DNA from: an uncultured Chloroflexia bacterium | GTDB lineage: Bacteria; Chloroflexota; Limnocylindria; Limnocylindrales; CSP1-4 | DNA length: 64,000 bases | NCBI GenBank assembly: GCA_963749705.1 | Contig: CAVVNQ010000007.1 | Coordinates: forward strand, 128,001-192,000 | Direction of reading: 5' to 3' | Shown: positions 52,222 to 63,584 of the stretch, piece after piece | How positions within the stretch are numbered: position 1 is the stretch's first letter | Layout of the letters: every line of letters begins with the position of its first letter | Translations under genes and position numbers: made by a program | Notes under the pieces: model-generated | Seen by the model: the letters and a program-made list of their open reading frames with translations, nothing else | What the model was told of the DNA's origin: nothing | Databases searched by the model: none

Positions 52222-53277
52222 TCAGGCGACCGGCGTGGTCTCCACCGGCGCCGGCGACGCGGGCTCCCCCTGGCCACCGCCGCCGCGCCGGTCGAACCAT
52301 TGCCCGACCCAGCGGACGAAACCGGCGAAGCCCGACGGGTAGAAGACCATGACCGCGATCAGCAGCAGGCCGTAGAGGGCGAGCTCGAGGCCCGGCAGGC
52401 TCGCGAGCTGCGCCTGAAGGAGCCCGGTGGCGACCATCAGCGGGAACGCGATGATGGCGGGGCCCCACAGCGAACCGCGACCGCCGATGTACGCGACGGC
52501 GAGGATCTCCACGGTGTGGTTGGTCGCCAGGAGGTCCGGCGTCAGGATCCCGTAGAAGTGGGCGTAGAACCCGCCCAGCAGGCCGGCGAACGCGCACGAC
52601 AGGGTGAAGTTGATGACCAGGAAGCGGGTCGGGTTGATGCCCGACGCCCTCGCCGCGGCCAGGTTCTGGCCGATCGCCCGGAACGCGAGGCCGAGCCGCG
52701 AGCGGATCACCACCATGAGCACGATCAGGGTGAAGAACAGGATGCCCAGGATGAGGTAGTAGTAGGGGAGGTTGTCGGAGGTGTCGAGCGCGAGCGGCAC
52801 GCTGAGGCCGAGCGAGCCGCGCGTGAGGTCCGTCGCGTTGCGCACGAGCCCCATCAGGGCCAGGCCCACGAACCACGCCATGACCGCCGCGTAGATGCCG
52901 CGCAGGCGCAGCGTCAGCATGCCGGTGAGGAGGCCGACGAAGCCGGCCACGAAGGCGCCGCAGACCATCCCGATCCAGGGCGAGATCCCCATGTCGGTGG
53001 CGAGCAGGCCGGAGGTGTAGGCACCCAGGCCGATGAACGCGGCGAAGCCGAAGTTCACGATGTCGATGTACCCGGCCGTGAAGTCGAACGCCACGGCGTA
53101 GGCGGCCATCAGGGCCCCGGTCACGAGGAAGCGTTGGTAGTCCTGGCCGTTGAACGGCGGGATCCACGGCAGGACCAGCGCGAGGGCCACCATGGCACCC
53201 GCGAAGATGATCCGGCGCCGGGCGGGCCCCGACCGCGGGTTCCGGGTCGTTGTGGTTGCGTCGGCTGTGGCGCTCAC
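52222..53277 (-). CDS. Branched-chain-type ABC permease (LivM-like)
   Basis: AAFIGLGAY, LRLRGIY, SRLGLAFRAI, IGGRGSLWGP. Confidence 0.88.
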   Translation of the reverse strand: MSATADATTTTRNPRSGPARRRIIFAGAMVALALVLPWIPPFNGQDYQRFLVTGALMAAYAVAFDFTAGYIDIVNFGFAAFIGLGAYTSGLLATDMGISPWIGMVCGAFVAGFVGLLTGMLTLRLRGIYAAVMAWFVGLALMGLVRNATDLTRGSLGLSVPLALDTSDNLPYYYLILGILFFTLIVLMVVIRSRLGLAFRAIGQNLAAARASGINPTRFLVINFTLSCAFAGLLGGFYAHFYGILTPDLLATNHTVEILAVAYIGGRGSLWGPAIIAFPLMVATGLLQAQLASLPGLELALYGLLLIAVMVFYPSGFAGFVRWVGQWFDRRGGGGQGEPASPAPVETTPVA

Positions 53278-54338
53278 TACTGCTCCCAAACGCCTTTCAC
53301 CTCGCTGCCGAACAGCCCCGATGGCCGGAACAGCAGGATCAGGATGATGAACACGGTCGGCAGGACCTCCACCCACTCCAGGCCGACGTAGTACACCGTC
53401 ACGGTCTGGAGCAGGGACACGATGAAGGCGCCGATGATGGCGCCCGGGATGTTCCCGAGGCCGGCCAGGATGACCACGTACCAGGCGAGGTAGAGCGGCT
53501 GCTGGCCCACGTCGGGCGATGACGGATAGAGGAACAGCAGCGAGGCACCCGCGAGCGCGGCGAGCCCACACGACAGGCCCATCGTCAGCACGAAGATCCG
53601 GTTGAGGCTGATGCCCGCCATCTGGGCGCCGGCCTCGTCCTGGGCGACCGCGCGCATGGCGCGCCCGGTCCTGGTCCGGAGCAGGAATGCCGAGAACAGC
53701 AGGATCGTGATCATTGCGATCACGAACACGGCCGCCCGGTCCATGGACACCGGGACCCCCAGGAACTCGAGCGGATGCACGTCCCAGTAGCGCGAGGCGC
53801 CGCGGAAGTCGTTGCCGAAGATCAGCCGGTCGCCGTTGATCAGGACGATCGAGATGCCCGCGGTCAGGAGGAACGTGTTGATCACCCACTGGTCGCGGCT
53901 TCGCTTGCGCAGCGGCCGGAACAGGAGCACCTCGAGCAGGGCGCCGACGGCGAACCCGACGACCGCGGCCACGATCATGCCCGGGATCGGCGCGATGATC
54001 TTGAGCAGGCCCGTGCCGGCCGGGTCGTTGAGCATCGCGTCCTGGATCGGCGAGAACACGAAGAACGCCGTCAGCGAGCCGATCATGAAGAACTCGCCGT
54101 GCGCGAAGTTGGGGATGTTCATCACCCCGAACACGAGCGCAAGACCGGCGGCCATCAGTGCCCACATGCCGCCCGTGACGAGGGTGTCGACCACGATCGA
54201 CGGCTGGACGAACAGGAAGGCGACCAGGACCAGGGCGGCGAACCCGACCGTGGCCCAGGTGAAGGTCAGGAAGCGTTGGAACAGCGGCACCCGGCGCAGG
54301 TTGCTCGGGGCGGGGGCGGCCGCGTTGGTCGTCGTCAT
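53277..54338 (-). CDS. Branched-chain-type ABC permease (LivH-like)
   Basis: GLALVFGVMNIPNFAHGE, TRTGRAMRAVAQD, GLGNIPGA. Confidence 0.9.
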   Translation of the reverse strand: MTTTNAAAPAPSNLRRVPLFQRFLTFTWATVGFAALVLVAFLFVQPSIVVDTLVTGGMWALMAAGLALVFGVMNIPNFAHGEFFMIGSLTAFFVFSPIQDAMLNDPAGTGLLKIIAPIPGMIVAAVVGFAVGALLEVLLFRPLRKRSRDQWVINTFLLTAGISIVLINGDRLIFGNDFRGASRYWDVHPLEFLGVPVSMDRAAVFVIAMITILLFSAFLLRTRTGRAMRAVAQDEAGAQMAGISLNRIFVLTMGLSCGLAALAGASLLFLYPSSPDVGQQPLYLAWYVVILAGLGNIPGAIIGAFIVSLLQTVTVYYVGLEWVEVLPTVFIILILLFRPSGLFGSEVKGVWEQ

Positions 54339-54347
54339 CGGTCTCCC

Positions 54348-55052
54348 TCAGATCCCCAGGTACGCTTCCTGGACGTGGCTGTTGCCGAGCAGCTCCTCGC
54401 CCGTCCCCTCGAGGACGACCTTGCCCTGCTCGAGGACATACGCGCGGTCCACGATGCGGAGCGTGGTGTTCACGTTCTGCTCGACCAGCAGGATGGTCAT
54501 GCCACGCTCGCGGAGCGCCTTGAGGGCGTCGAACGCCGCGAGCGTCGGAATGGGCGCAAGGCCCAGGCTGGGCTCGTCCACGAGCAGCAGCGAGGGCCTG
54601 GGCATCAGGCCGCGGCCGATCGCGAGCATCTTGCGCTCGCCGCCTGAGAGCGTGCCGGCCAGCTGGTCCTTCCGCTCGAGGAGCCGTGGAAACAGCTCGA
54701 ACACGGTGTCCATCGTGGACGCGATCGCCTGCTTGTCCCTGACGGTGTAGGCGCCGACGAGCAGGTTCTCGTAGATCGACATCGAGGGGAACAGGTTGAG
54801 GCTCTCGGACACGTAGCCGATGCCCGACTGGCTGACCCGGTGGGGCGGGACGCCGGTCAGGTCCTTGCCGCGGAAGTTGACCGAGCCCCGGATGGGGGGC
54901 ACGAACCCCGCGATCGAGCGCAGGGTGGTGGTCTTGCCGGCGCCGTTGGGTCCCAGGATGGCGACGAACTCGCCCTCCTCGACGTGGAGGTCCACGCCCC
55001 ACAGAACCTGCAGGAAGTCGTAGCCGCTTTCGACGCCGGTCAGCTTGAGCAC
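54348..55052 (-). CDS. ABC ATPase (LivF-like)
   Basis: GPNGAGKT, LSGGE, DEPSLGLAP, LVEQN. Confidence 0.92.
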   Translation of the reverse strand: MLKLTGVESGYDFLQVLWGVDLHVEEGEFVAILGPNGAGKTTTLRSIAGFVPPIRGSVNFRGKDLTGVPPHRVSQSGIGYVSESLNLFPSMSIYENLLVGAYTVRDKQAIASTMDTVFELFPRLLERKDQLAGTLSGGERKMLAIGRGLMPRPSLLLVDEPSLGLAPIPTLAAFDALKALRERGMTILLVEQNVNTTLRIVDRAYVLEQGKVVLEGTGEELLGNSHVQEAYLGI

Positions 55053-55080
55053 GGTGTCTCCCTCGACCCGGTCCGGTCGC

Positions 55081-55809
55081 TCATAGGATGTAGTGGGCGC
55101 CGAGATAGGCCTCGAGGACCTTCTCGTCCTTGGCGACGGTGGCTGCATCACCGTGGGCGATGAGCTGGCCGTACTGCAGCACCGCCAGGTTCTGGCACAG
55201 ATCCATGATGATTCGCATGACGTGCTCGACCATCACGATCGTCACCCCGTCGTCACGGACCCTGCGCAGGAGCGTGGCAACCGGCGCCAGCTCGGACGGC
55301 GTGAGGCCCGACGCGAACTCGTCGAGGAACAGCAGCTTGGGCTTGCTCGCCAGCGCGCGGGCGAGGTCGAGCCGCTTGAGCTGGACCGCGTTGAGGTGGC
55401 CGGCGATCGTGTCGACCGGGCGCGGGAAGTCGACGTACTCGAGCATCCGGCGCGCCTGTTTCGTGGCCGCCCCGGGCTGGGCGTGGGGATCGCCAAAGGT
55501 TGCCGCGACCGTCACGTTCTCGAGGACCGACAGCCGCGGGAACGGGCGCGGGATCTGGAACGTGCGCCCGATGCCCAGCCGGCACATGCGGTCGGCGGGC
55601 AGGCCGGTCGTGTCGTGCCCGTCGAGGAGCACGGTGCCGCCGTTCGGGCGCGTGGCGCCGGCCAGGCAGTTGAGCAGGGTCGACTTGCCCGCGCCGTTGG
55701 GACCGATCAGCCCGAAGATCTCGCCTCGCTCCACGTTGAAGGTGACGTTGTCAACCGCGGTCAGGCCGCCGAAGCGCTTGGTGACCCTGTTGAGCTCGAG
55801 AAGCGACAT
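55081..55809 (-). CDS. ABC ATPase (LivG-like)
   Basis: FGGLTAV, GPNGAGKST, RTFQ, VEH, AYLG. Confidence 0.92.
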   Translation of the reverse strand: MSLLELNRVTKRFGGLTAVDNVTFNVERGEIFGLIGPNGAGKSTLLNCLAGATRPNGGTVLLDGHDTTGLPADRMCRLGIGRTFQIPRPFPRLSVLENVTVAATFGDPHAQPGAATKQARRMLEYVDFPRPVDTIAGHLNAVQLKRLDLARALASKPKLLFLDEFASGLTPSELAPVATLLRRVRDDGVTIVMVEHVMRIIMDLCQNLAVLQYGQLIAHGDAATVAKDEKVLEAYLGAHYIL

Positions 55810-55831
55810 GGAGCCTCGCTCTGGATGGGTT

Positions 55832-55856
55832 GGGGGTCGGCGCTGCGCCGACCCCC
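55832..55856. other. Intergenic 11-bp hairpin after the SBP gene (mRNA stabiliser or partial terminator)
   Basis: GGGGGTCGGCG-CTG-CGCCGACCCCC. Confidence 0.5.
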
Positions 55857-55881
55857 CTGCGGACAGATGGTGGTGCTGGCG

Positions 55882-57207
55882 TCAGGGCTTCGCCTGGAGG
55901 GTCCCGGCGGCCTGATCGGCGGGCCAGACGACGGTCCGGTCGCCGTTCTGGTACTGGGTGACGGGGAAGATGTAGTGGCCGTTGCCGACGACCGGGTCGG
56001 GGATCGAGTCAGCGTTGAAGTCGTAGCTCGACATGATGATCCCATCGGTGTACGCCAGCTGGCCGGTCCACAGCTTGTCCTGTGCTTCCTTGTACAGCGT
56101 GGCACTGGTGATGGAGCCCTGGTCGTCGAGGGTCGACTGCAGGACCTTGATGAAGAAGTTCGTCCAGTCGTAGGACAGGCCGGCCGCCGCCGCGCTGGGC
56201 GAGGAGCCGAACTTCGCCTGGTAGTCCGACTGGAACTTCTTGGCCTTCTCGGTGGCGAATCCCGGGACCGAGTCGAGGACGTAGTTCGAGGAGGTGCCGG
56301 TCATCTTGTACCAGTCGCCGAACCAGCCGAGGCCGTCGGCGACGATCAGCGACTTGAGGCCGGCGTCGTCAGAGGCCTTGATGAAGGCGGTGATGGACGC
56401 GGCGGCCGTGCTCGTGCCCGCGATCACGGGCACGTTGTTGCTCTTGTAGCGCGACATCAGGGACGAGAAGTCGGTCTGGGTGAGCGGGAAGTAGTCCTCG
56501 CTGACGATGTTCCAGCCGGTGCTCTCGAAGTCCTGCTTGAGACCGGAGCCGAACGAGCGGCCCCAGTCGGTGTCCTCGCCGTAGATCGCCACGTCCTTCG
56601 AGGCGGGGGTGTACGTGCCCGCGGCGATGGCGTCGTTGATGGCGCCGACGTAAGCGGTCGTGAGCTTGACCGGGTCCGGCCAGCCCTTGGACGTCCAGTA
56701 GCCGTACTTCGCCTGGTCGGAGGCGAACTTCTGGTTCACGACGCCGGTGGCGCCCATGCCGAAGAACCACGGGATCTTGTACTTGGCGGTGAGCTCCATC
56801 TCGGCGACGGAGACCGAGCTGTTCCAGTTCAGGATGCCCGCGATGATGTTCTGGCCCACGATGGCCTGCTCGAGCGCGGCCGTGCCCTTGGCCGGGTCGG
56901 CCTGGTCATCGACGTAGACCGGGTTGATCTTGTAGTTGCCGACCTGCCAGTTGACCGCATCGAACGCCATCTGTGCGGCGTTCTTCATCTCGGTGCCCGT
57001 GAGGGCCGAGGTGCCGGTGAACGGCCCGTCGATGCCGATGTTGATGGTCTCGGTGGCGGCGGTCCCGGATCCGGCCGGGGCGGCGGACTCCGGGGCGCTG
57101 CTCGCACCCGCAGTCGGGGATGACGATCCGCTGCCACAGGCGCTCACCATGAGCACCGCAGCAACAGCGAGACCGGCAATCCGGAACCTGGTTCCAGTGT
57201 TGATCAC
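55882..57207 (-). CDS. ABC substrate-binding lipoprotein (LivJ/K fold)
   Basis: Lipobox VSAC, Ser/Ala linker, GPFTG, DDQADP, EDTDWG. Confidence 0.88.
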   Translation of the reverse strand: MINTGTRFRIAGLAVAAVLMVSACGSGSSSPTAGASSAPESAAPAGSGTAATETINIGIDGPFTGTSALTGTEMKNAAQMAFDAVNWQVGNYKINPVYVDDQADPAKGTAALEQAIVGQNIIAGILNWNSSVSVAEMELTAKYKIPWFFGMGATGVVNQKFASDQAKYGYWTSKGWPDPVKLTTAYVGAINDAIAAGTYTPASKDVAIYGEDTDWGRSFGSGLKQDFESTGWNIVSEDYFPLTQTDFSSLMSRYKSNNVPVIAGTSTAAASITAFIKASDDAGLKSLIVADGLGWFGDWYKMTGTSSNYVLDSVPGFATEKAKKFQSDYQAKFGSSPSAAAAGLSYDWTNFFIKVLQSTLDDQGSITSATLYKEAQDKLWTGQLAYTDGIIMSSYDFNADSIPDPVVGNGHYIFPVTQYQNGDRTVVWPADQAAGTLQAKP

Positions 57208-57261
57208 TGTGCTTCTCCTCCTGTCCGTCCAATCCGGTCGGATTGGTACAACCCACGCAAG

Positions 57262-59343
57262 TCAGATGTCGTCTCTGCCCCCCTCCCGGTCGTCGGAGAC
57301 GGCGGCGGTCGCCGCTCCCGATGAGGCTGCCGTCAGGGCGGCGGCGGGACGCTGCCGGCCTCGTTCGACGGCTTCGACCAGCAAGGTGGCGACATCCTTG
57401 ACCTCGAGCCCGCCGTCCGTCGCTCGCATCCCGTCATCGAGCATGACGGTGCAGAACGGACAGGCGACGGCGAGCGTTCCCGCTCCGGTGGCCGTGGCCT
57501 CGCGGGCGCGCTCCTCGTTGATCTGGCCGGCGCGCTCCTCGAGCCACATGTGGGCGCCGCCGGCACCGCAGCAGAAGGTCCGCTCCTCGCGGCGCGCCAT
57601 CTCGAGCGGGCGGCCGACGGCCGCCACCAGCTCCCGCGGCTCGGACCGGACGTCGTTGTGGCGGGCCAGGTAGCACGAGTCGTGGTAGGTGATCGTGTCG
57701 GCGCTCGCGGCCGGTGACAGGCGCCCGTCGCGCACCAGCTCCGCCAGCAGCTGCGTGTGGTGCATGACCTCGTACCTGCCGCCGAAGTCGGGGTACTCGT
57801 TGGCCAGCGTGTTGAAGCAGTGCGGGCAGGTGGTCACGATCTTCGTCACCTTCGCCTCGCCCAGGGTGTCGACGTTCTGCCTGGCCAGCGCCTGGAAGGT
57901 GTACTCGTCGCCCATCCGCCGGGCGGGATCGCCCGTGCAGCTCTCCCGCGGGCCGAGGATCGCGAAATCGACCCCGGCCTCCTTGAGCAGCGTCGCGGTC
58001 GAGATCGCGCCGATCCGCGCCCGCTCGTCGAACGCCGGTGCGCAGCCGACCCAGAACAGGACGTCGGGCGGGTCGTCGCCGGGCTGGAGGACGCGGAGGT
58101 CGAGGCCCTCCGCCCAGTCCACCCGCTCGGTCGCGGCACTGCCCCACGGGTTGCCCGTGCGCTCCAGGTCCCGGAGCATCGCCGCGCCGGCCGCGGGCAC
58201 GCGAGTGTCGACCATGACCAGGTTGCGCCGCAGGTCCACGATGTGGTCGATGTGCTCGATCCCCACCGGGCACTCGCGGACGCACGCGCCGCAGGTCACG
58301 CAGTCCCACACCGTCTCATCGGCGACGGCGTTGGGGACGAGCGGGCTGCCCGCGAAGGACCCGTTGCCCGCGGCGGCCAGCATCTGGTGGCCCTCGCGGT
58401 AGAGCTGGTCGCGGAGGCCCATGACGACGAGCTTGGGCGACAGGTTCTTGCCCGTGAAGAACGCCGGGCAGGCGTCCTGGCAGCGCCCGCACTCGGTGCA
58501 GGTCATGCCATCGACCATCTGCTTCCAGGTCATGTCCCGGATCGTCCCCATCCCGAACCGGATCTGGTCCTCGGGAACGTCGGGGTCGTCGAACCGCAGC
58601 GGCTCCAGGCGGCCTCGCCCGCGCGTGCGCTCGAAGAAGATGTTGAACGCGACGATCAGGGTGTGGAGATGCTTGGTGTACGGGATGTACAGCAGGAACG
58701 CGAGGATCAGGATCGCGTGGACCCACACCACGCCGCGCTCGAGAACCTCGGTGGCGGAGCCCGCCGGGAGCAGGCCCGCGATGGCCGTCGAGATCGGCGA
58801 CCACGCCGCCGGGTACTCGTTGTAGCCGAGCGCGACCCGCGACGCGTGCCAGATGAACAGCGTGATCGCGATCGCCGCCTCGAACAGCAGGATGTTGTAC
58901 GCCTGCTGCAGGTAGCTGCCGACGAACCGGACGGGCCGCTGCCCGAGCCGGATCGCGAACGCGATGCTCACGCCGACGAGGGTGCCCAGCGCGAACAGGT
59001 CGGCCATCAGCGCAAACCAGCCCTGCTCGGACAGCCAGGGAATGGTCCAGTGCGGGCTCACCGCGCCCAGCCACGACATGACGATGGTGGGCAGCAGGAC
59101 GAGGAAGCCCCAGAACAGCAGCAGGTGCATGACCCCGGGGATCGGGCGCAGGAACAGCTTGGACTGGGCGAGGAACCGAGGCACCTCGCGCCCGGTCCGC
59201 CGGGGCAGCTCGTCGAAGCGGGCCGACGCGCGGCCGTGCATCACGAGCCGCGCGAGGTACAGCGCGCGCCGGGCGAACAGCCCGACGAACGTCAGCCAGA
59301 CGGCAAGGAACAGGATCCCCGAGATGAGGATCCCGACGTCCAT
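57262..59343 (-). CDS. Membrane Fe-S oxidoreductase (FadF / ETF:quinone oxidoreductase-like)
   Basis: N-terminal TM domain, CTECGRCQDACP and CVTCGACVRECP, CTGD and CCGAGG CCG domains. Confidence 0.88.
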   Translation of the reverse strand: MDVGILISGILFLAVWLTFVGLFARRALYLARLVMHGRASARFDELPRRTGREVPRFLAQSKLFLRPIPGVMHLLLFWGFLVLLPTIVMSWLGAVSPHWTIPWLSEQGWFALMADLFALGTLVGVSIAFAIRLGQRPVRFVGSYLQQAYNILLFEAAIAITLFIWHASRVALGYNEYPAAWSPISTAIAGLLPAGSATEVLERGVVWVHAILILAFLLYIPYTKHLHTLIVAFNIFFERTRGRGRLEPLRFDDPDVPEDQIRFGMGTIRDMTWKQMVDGMTCTECGRCQDACPAFFTGKNLSPKLVVMGLRDQLYREGHQMLAAAGNGSFAGSPLVPNAVADETVWDCVTCGACVRECPVGIEHIDHIVDLRRNLVMVDTRVPAAGAAMLRDLERTGNPWGSAATERVDWAEGLDLRVLQPGDDPPDVLFWVGCAPAFDERARIGAISTATLLKEAGVDFAILGPRESCTGDPARRMGDEYTFQALARQNVDTLGEAKVTKIVTTCPHCFNTLANEYPDFGGRYEVMHHTQLLAELVRDGRLSPAASADTITYHDSCYLARHNDVRSEPRELVAAVGRPLEMARREERTFCCGAGGAHMWLEERAGQINEERAREATATGAGTLAVACPFCTVMLDDGMRATDGGLEVKDVATLLVEAVERGRQRPAAALTAASSGAATAAVSDDREGGRDDI

Positions 59344-59346
59344 GCC

Positions 59347-60309
59347 CTAGGCCCCGCGCACCCGGCGGATCTCCGCGCTGATGGCGGGGAGCACCTGGTG
59401 GAGGTCGCCGATCACGGCGTAGTCGGCGGTGGCCATGATCGGCGCCTCCGCATCCTTGTTGATCGCGAGGATCTTCTTCGATGCCTTGCAGCCGGCCATG
59501 TGCTGGGTGGCGCCGCTGATCCCGCACGCGATGTACAGGTCGGGCGCGATCTTGGTCCCGGTCTGGCCGACCTGGTCGGTATGCGACCGCCAGCCCGAGA
59601 TGGTCACGGCCCGGGAGCAGCCGACGGCGGCGCCCAGCAGCCCGGCCAGCTCCTCGACGGGCCCGAACCCGGCCTCGGAGCCCACGCCCCGCCCGCCGGA
59701 CACGACCACCCTGGCGTCGGCCAGCGAGATGCCGCCCACGGCGGCGGGGATCCGCTCGATGGCACGGACCACGAGATCCGCGTCGTCCAGTGTGGGGGCG
59801 AACGTCTCGACCGTTGCCGCGCCACCCGTCTGCGTCGCGGCCACGGTATGCGGCGCGACCGTCATGATCGCGCGATCCGCGTGGATCACGGCCTCCTCGA
59901 GCAGGCTGCCGCCCCACCGCTGGCGGGTCACGGCAACCGGGCTGCCGGGGGTCGCGCGGGTGCAGTTCGCGGCAAACGGCAGGCTCGCCCGCGCCGCCAC
60001 CCGGGCCAGGACGGTGTTGCCGTGCTCCGATCCGGGACCCACGACGACCGACGCGTCGAGGCTGGTCGCGAGATCGAACAGGATGCGCGCCACGGCATCG
60101 GGCGCGGCGGCGCCGAGCGCCGCGTGCTGCGCCACGTGGACCTGTGACGCGCCCCACGCGCCAAGCCCGCCTGCCGCCGTCTCGTCACCGATGACCAGCG
60201 CGTGGACCGTGCCGCCATCGGCCACCTGCGCGGCCAGCGCGAGCGCCTGGAGCGAGACCTCGTCGGCGGCGCCGTCGGCGGTCGTGAGGTAGGCCAGCAC
60301 GGTCGACAT
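59347..60309 (-). CDS. etfA: Electron transfer flavoprotein alpha subunit
   Basis: VVSGGRG, QVGQTG, YIACGISGATQH, AINKD.EAPI. Confidence 0.92.
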   Translation of the reverse strand: MSTVLAYLTTADGAADEVSLQALALAAQVADGGTVHALVIGDETAAGGLGAWGASQVHVAQHAALGAAAPDAVARILFDLATSLDASVVVGPGSEHGNTVLARVAARASLPFAANCTRATPGSPVAVTRQRWGGSLLEEAVIHADRAIMTVAPHTVAATQTGGAATVETFAPTLDDADLVVRAIERIPAAVGGISLADARVVVSGGRGVGSEAGFGPVEELAGLLGAAVGCSRAVTISGWRSHTDQVGQTGTKIAPDLYIACGISGATQHMAGCKASKKILAINKDAEAPIMATADYAVIGDLHQVLPAISAEIRRVRGA

Positions 60310-61073
60310 CACAGCACCCCCAGCGTGCCGAGCACGTCCACCACGGCCGGGGCGGCATCCGCCCCCTGGCCGAGGACCACCGCCTGCTTCACCCGTCCCT
60401 CGGGGACCACCAGCCGGACCAGCTCGAGGCGCTGCTCGGGGCGGACCGGCGTCGAGGTGGCGACCGGCTTGCTCTTGGCGCGCAGCCGTCCCGGCACGGA
60501 CGGGAAGCGCGGCACGTTGAGGCCCTCGAGGACCGCGACCACCGCGGGCAGCGGCAGCTCGTACACGTCGCGCCCGCCCGATACCTCCTGCTCGCAGCGG
60601 ACGGCGGACGTCGTCGCGGACATCCCCTTGATCCCGGTCACGGTGGGCCGGCCGAGCGCTCGTCCGAGCCGGACGGCGGCCTGGTAGCCGCCCGAGTCGC
60701 CGGCCTCGTTGCCCATCAGGACCAGGTCGAACGGGCCGGATGCAGCCTCGTCGGCGCGAACGGCCTCCACGATCGCGGCGACCGTCGACTCCGGATCCCA
60801 TTCGCCGCCGTCGGTGACGAGGTGGATCGCGCGCGCGACGCCCAGGGCCATCGCGTCGCGGAGCTGCTCCAGCGCCTCGGCCGGCCCGAGCGTGAGCACG
60901 ACCGCCTCGCCGCCGTGCGCCTCGATCAGGCGCACCGCCTGCTCCACGGCGCACTCCTCGTGCGGCCCGATCGCGAAGCCCAGGTGCTTCGTGTCGACCG
61001 CCCGCGCGTCCGCGGTCAGCGTGATCCGGCCGCCGACGGCGGGCACGCTCTTGATGCACACGAGAACCTTCAT
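60309..61073 (-). CDS. etfB: Electron transfer flavoprotein beta subunit
   Basis: MKVLVCIK.VP, AVEQAVRL, DLVLMG..AGD, LNVPRFPS. Confidence 0.9.
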   Translation of the reverse strand: MKVLVCIKSVPAVGGRITLTADARAVDTKHLGFAIGPHEECAVEQAVRLIEAHGGEAVVLTLGPAEALEQLRDAMALGVARAIHLVTDGGEWDPESTVAAIVEAVRADEAASGPFDLVLMGNEAGDSGGYQAAVRLGRALGRPTVTGIKGMSATTSAVRCEQEVSGGRDVYELPLPAVVAVLEGLNVPRFPSVPGRLRAKSKPVATSTPVRPEQRLELVRLVVPEGRVKQAVVLGQGADAAPAVVDVLGTLGVL

Positions 61074-61075
61074 CG

Positions 61076-63584
61076 CTACGCCCGGATTCGCTGGTTCTCG
61101 GGGTCGAACAGGGGCCGCGATCCGGCCACCGCGACCGTCACCGGGTAGCGCTCGGCGAAGTACTCGACGAACAGGTGGTTGCCCTCCACGGCGTGCTCGG
61201 GCGGCAGGTATGCCATCAGCGCGTACCGTGCCGGTCGACGGGCTGGCACCCGCGGAGGTCACGTAGGACCGCCGGCCCTTCGCGTCCGTGAGCGGCGTGC
61301 CATCCGCGGTCACGATCGGCTGCCGGCCGAGCGGGTAGCGCTTCTCGCCGCTGGCCGACGTGTGGTCGTCCACGGTCAGCGTGCACAGGACGGCCGCCGG
61401 TTCCTCGCCCAGCTGGCGCAGGACGGCGTCGCGACCGACGAAGTCGATGCCCTTGACCTTGACCGGCGCCATGCCCGCCTCGACCACGTTGTAGTCGCCG
61501 TCGAGCTCGGCGCCGTAGGCGCGATAGCTCTTCTCGAGCCGACCGGTGGACACGTAGACCCCGATCCCGCAGGCGGTGAGCCCGTGCGGCCGTCCCGCCT
61601 CCCACAGCTCGTCCCACAGGCGCTGTCCCTGCTCCATCGGCACGTACAGCTCCCAGCCCAGCTCGCCGACGTACGAGATCCGCGATGCCAGCACCAGCTG
61701 GGACCCGATCTCGACGGTGCGGCAGGTGCCGAACCTGAACGCCTCGTTGGACATGTCCGCCCGGGTGATCGACTGCACGATGTCCCGCGCGCGCGGCCCC
61801 CACAGCCCGATCGTGGTGTACGCGGTGGACACGTCGACGATCGCGGCATCGGCGGGCATGTGGTCACGGAACCACTTGAGGTCGCTCATGCCGTGGGCCC
61901 CGCCGGTGACCACGCGGAACGTGGACTCGTCCAGCCGCATGATCGTGAGGTCGCTCTTGAAGCCGCCCTCCTGCGACAGGACCGGCGTGTAGACCACGCG
62001 CCCGACCGGGACGTCCATCTGGCGCATCGCGACCGACTGCACGCCCGCCAGCGCGCCCGGGCCCACGATGTCGAACTTCATGAACGACGACAGGTCGAAG
62101 ATGCCGGCCGTCTCGCGCATGGCGAGGTGCTCGGCGTTGATGATCGGCGACCACCACCGGGCGTCCCACTCGTTGGGGCGGGTCGCGATGCCGTACTTCT
62201 CGACCAGCGGCGCGTTGGACTCGAACCACTGCGGGCGCTCGAAGCCGGCGGCCTCGAAGAACGTCGCGCCGGCGGCCGTGTGCCACTCGTGCATCGGGGA
62301 TCGTCGGATCGGGCGGTCGGACTCGTACTGCTCGGCCGGATGGACGATGCCGTAGGTCTTGGGAAACGCCTCGAACGCGCGGGCCTTGACGTGCTGGCGC
62401 GTCTTCTGGTGGGCGTGGAAGCGCGCCACGTCGGAGGCGCCAAGGTCGATCGAGGGCTCGCCGTGGACCATCCACTCGGCGACGCACCTGCCGACCGCGG
62501 GACCCTCCTTGACCCATACGGCCGCCGCCGACCACAGGCCCTTGACCTCGGGCGTCTCGCCCAGGACGGGCATGCCGTCCGGGGTCAGCGCGATGAGGCC
62601 GTTGATCGCGTACTTCACGCCGACGGACTCGTCGCCCACGATCTCGGGCATCAGGTCCAGCGCGTCCCCCATCTGGGGGTCGAAGTCGTCCTGCGTGAAC
62701 GGGAACTCCGTGGGCGACAGCGCCGCCTGCTCGATCGACGGGATGTCCTCCGGGTCGTGGAGGATCGAGCGATGCGCGTAGGATCCGATCTCGAGCCCGA
62801 TGCCGTCCTGGCGCTCGTACATCAGGACGTCCATGTCGCGCACGATCGGGAACTCGATCGCCCTGGACGAGCGCTCGAAGCGGGGGACGGGACCGACGTC
62901 GATCATCTGGTGCACGACCGGCGTGAGCGGGATGTGCGAGCCGGCCATCTCGGCGATCATCGGCGCCCACACGCCGCACGCGATCACGACGTACTCGGCC
63001 TCGACGGTGCCCCGCGTGGTCTGGACGGAGCGGACCCGACCGCCGGTGGTGTCGAACCCCTGGACCTCGGTGTTGGCGAACACGGTCAGGGCGCCCATCG
63101 CCTCGGCCTTCTCGCGGCACAGGGTCCCGAACTGGAGCGAGTCGCACACGCCGACGCCCGGCGTGTAGAAGCCACCGACCAGGATCGACTCGTCGATGAA
63201 CGGGACCAGGTCCTTGATCTCGGCCGGCGTGACCAGGCGGGCGTCGTCGATGCCCCAGTTCTTGGCCGAGTCCATCCGACGGCGGAGCTCGTTCATCCGG
63301 GTCTCGGTGCGCGCGACCTCGATGCCGCCGCACTCGGTGTACACGTCCCAGTCGCGGTACTGTCGCGCGCTCTCGGCCGTGAGCGCGGTCATCTCCTTGT
63401 TGTGGTCGACCAGGAAGATGAAGTTCGACGCGTGGCCGGTGGAGCCACCGGGGTTGGGTAGCGGCCCCTTGTCGATCAGCAGGATGTCGCGCCAGCCCAG
63501 GTTGGCCAGGTGGTAGGCGAGGCTGTTGCCGACGATGCCTGCGCCGATGATGACGACCTTGGCGCGGGCCGGGAAGCTGGCCAT
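61076..63584 (-). CDS. GcvT-domain FAD oxidoreductase, dimethylglycine oxidase-like (apparent +1 frameshift near 61225)
   Basis: IGAGIVG, GGSTGHASN, ISYVGELGWEL, RLEKSY; C-terminus LMAYLP...FDPENQRIRA lies in another frame. Confidence 0.85.
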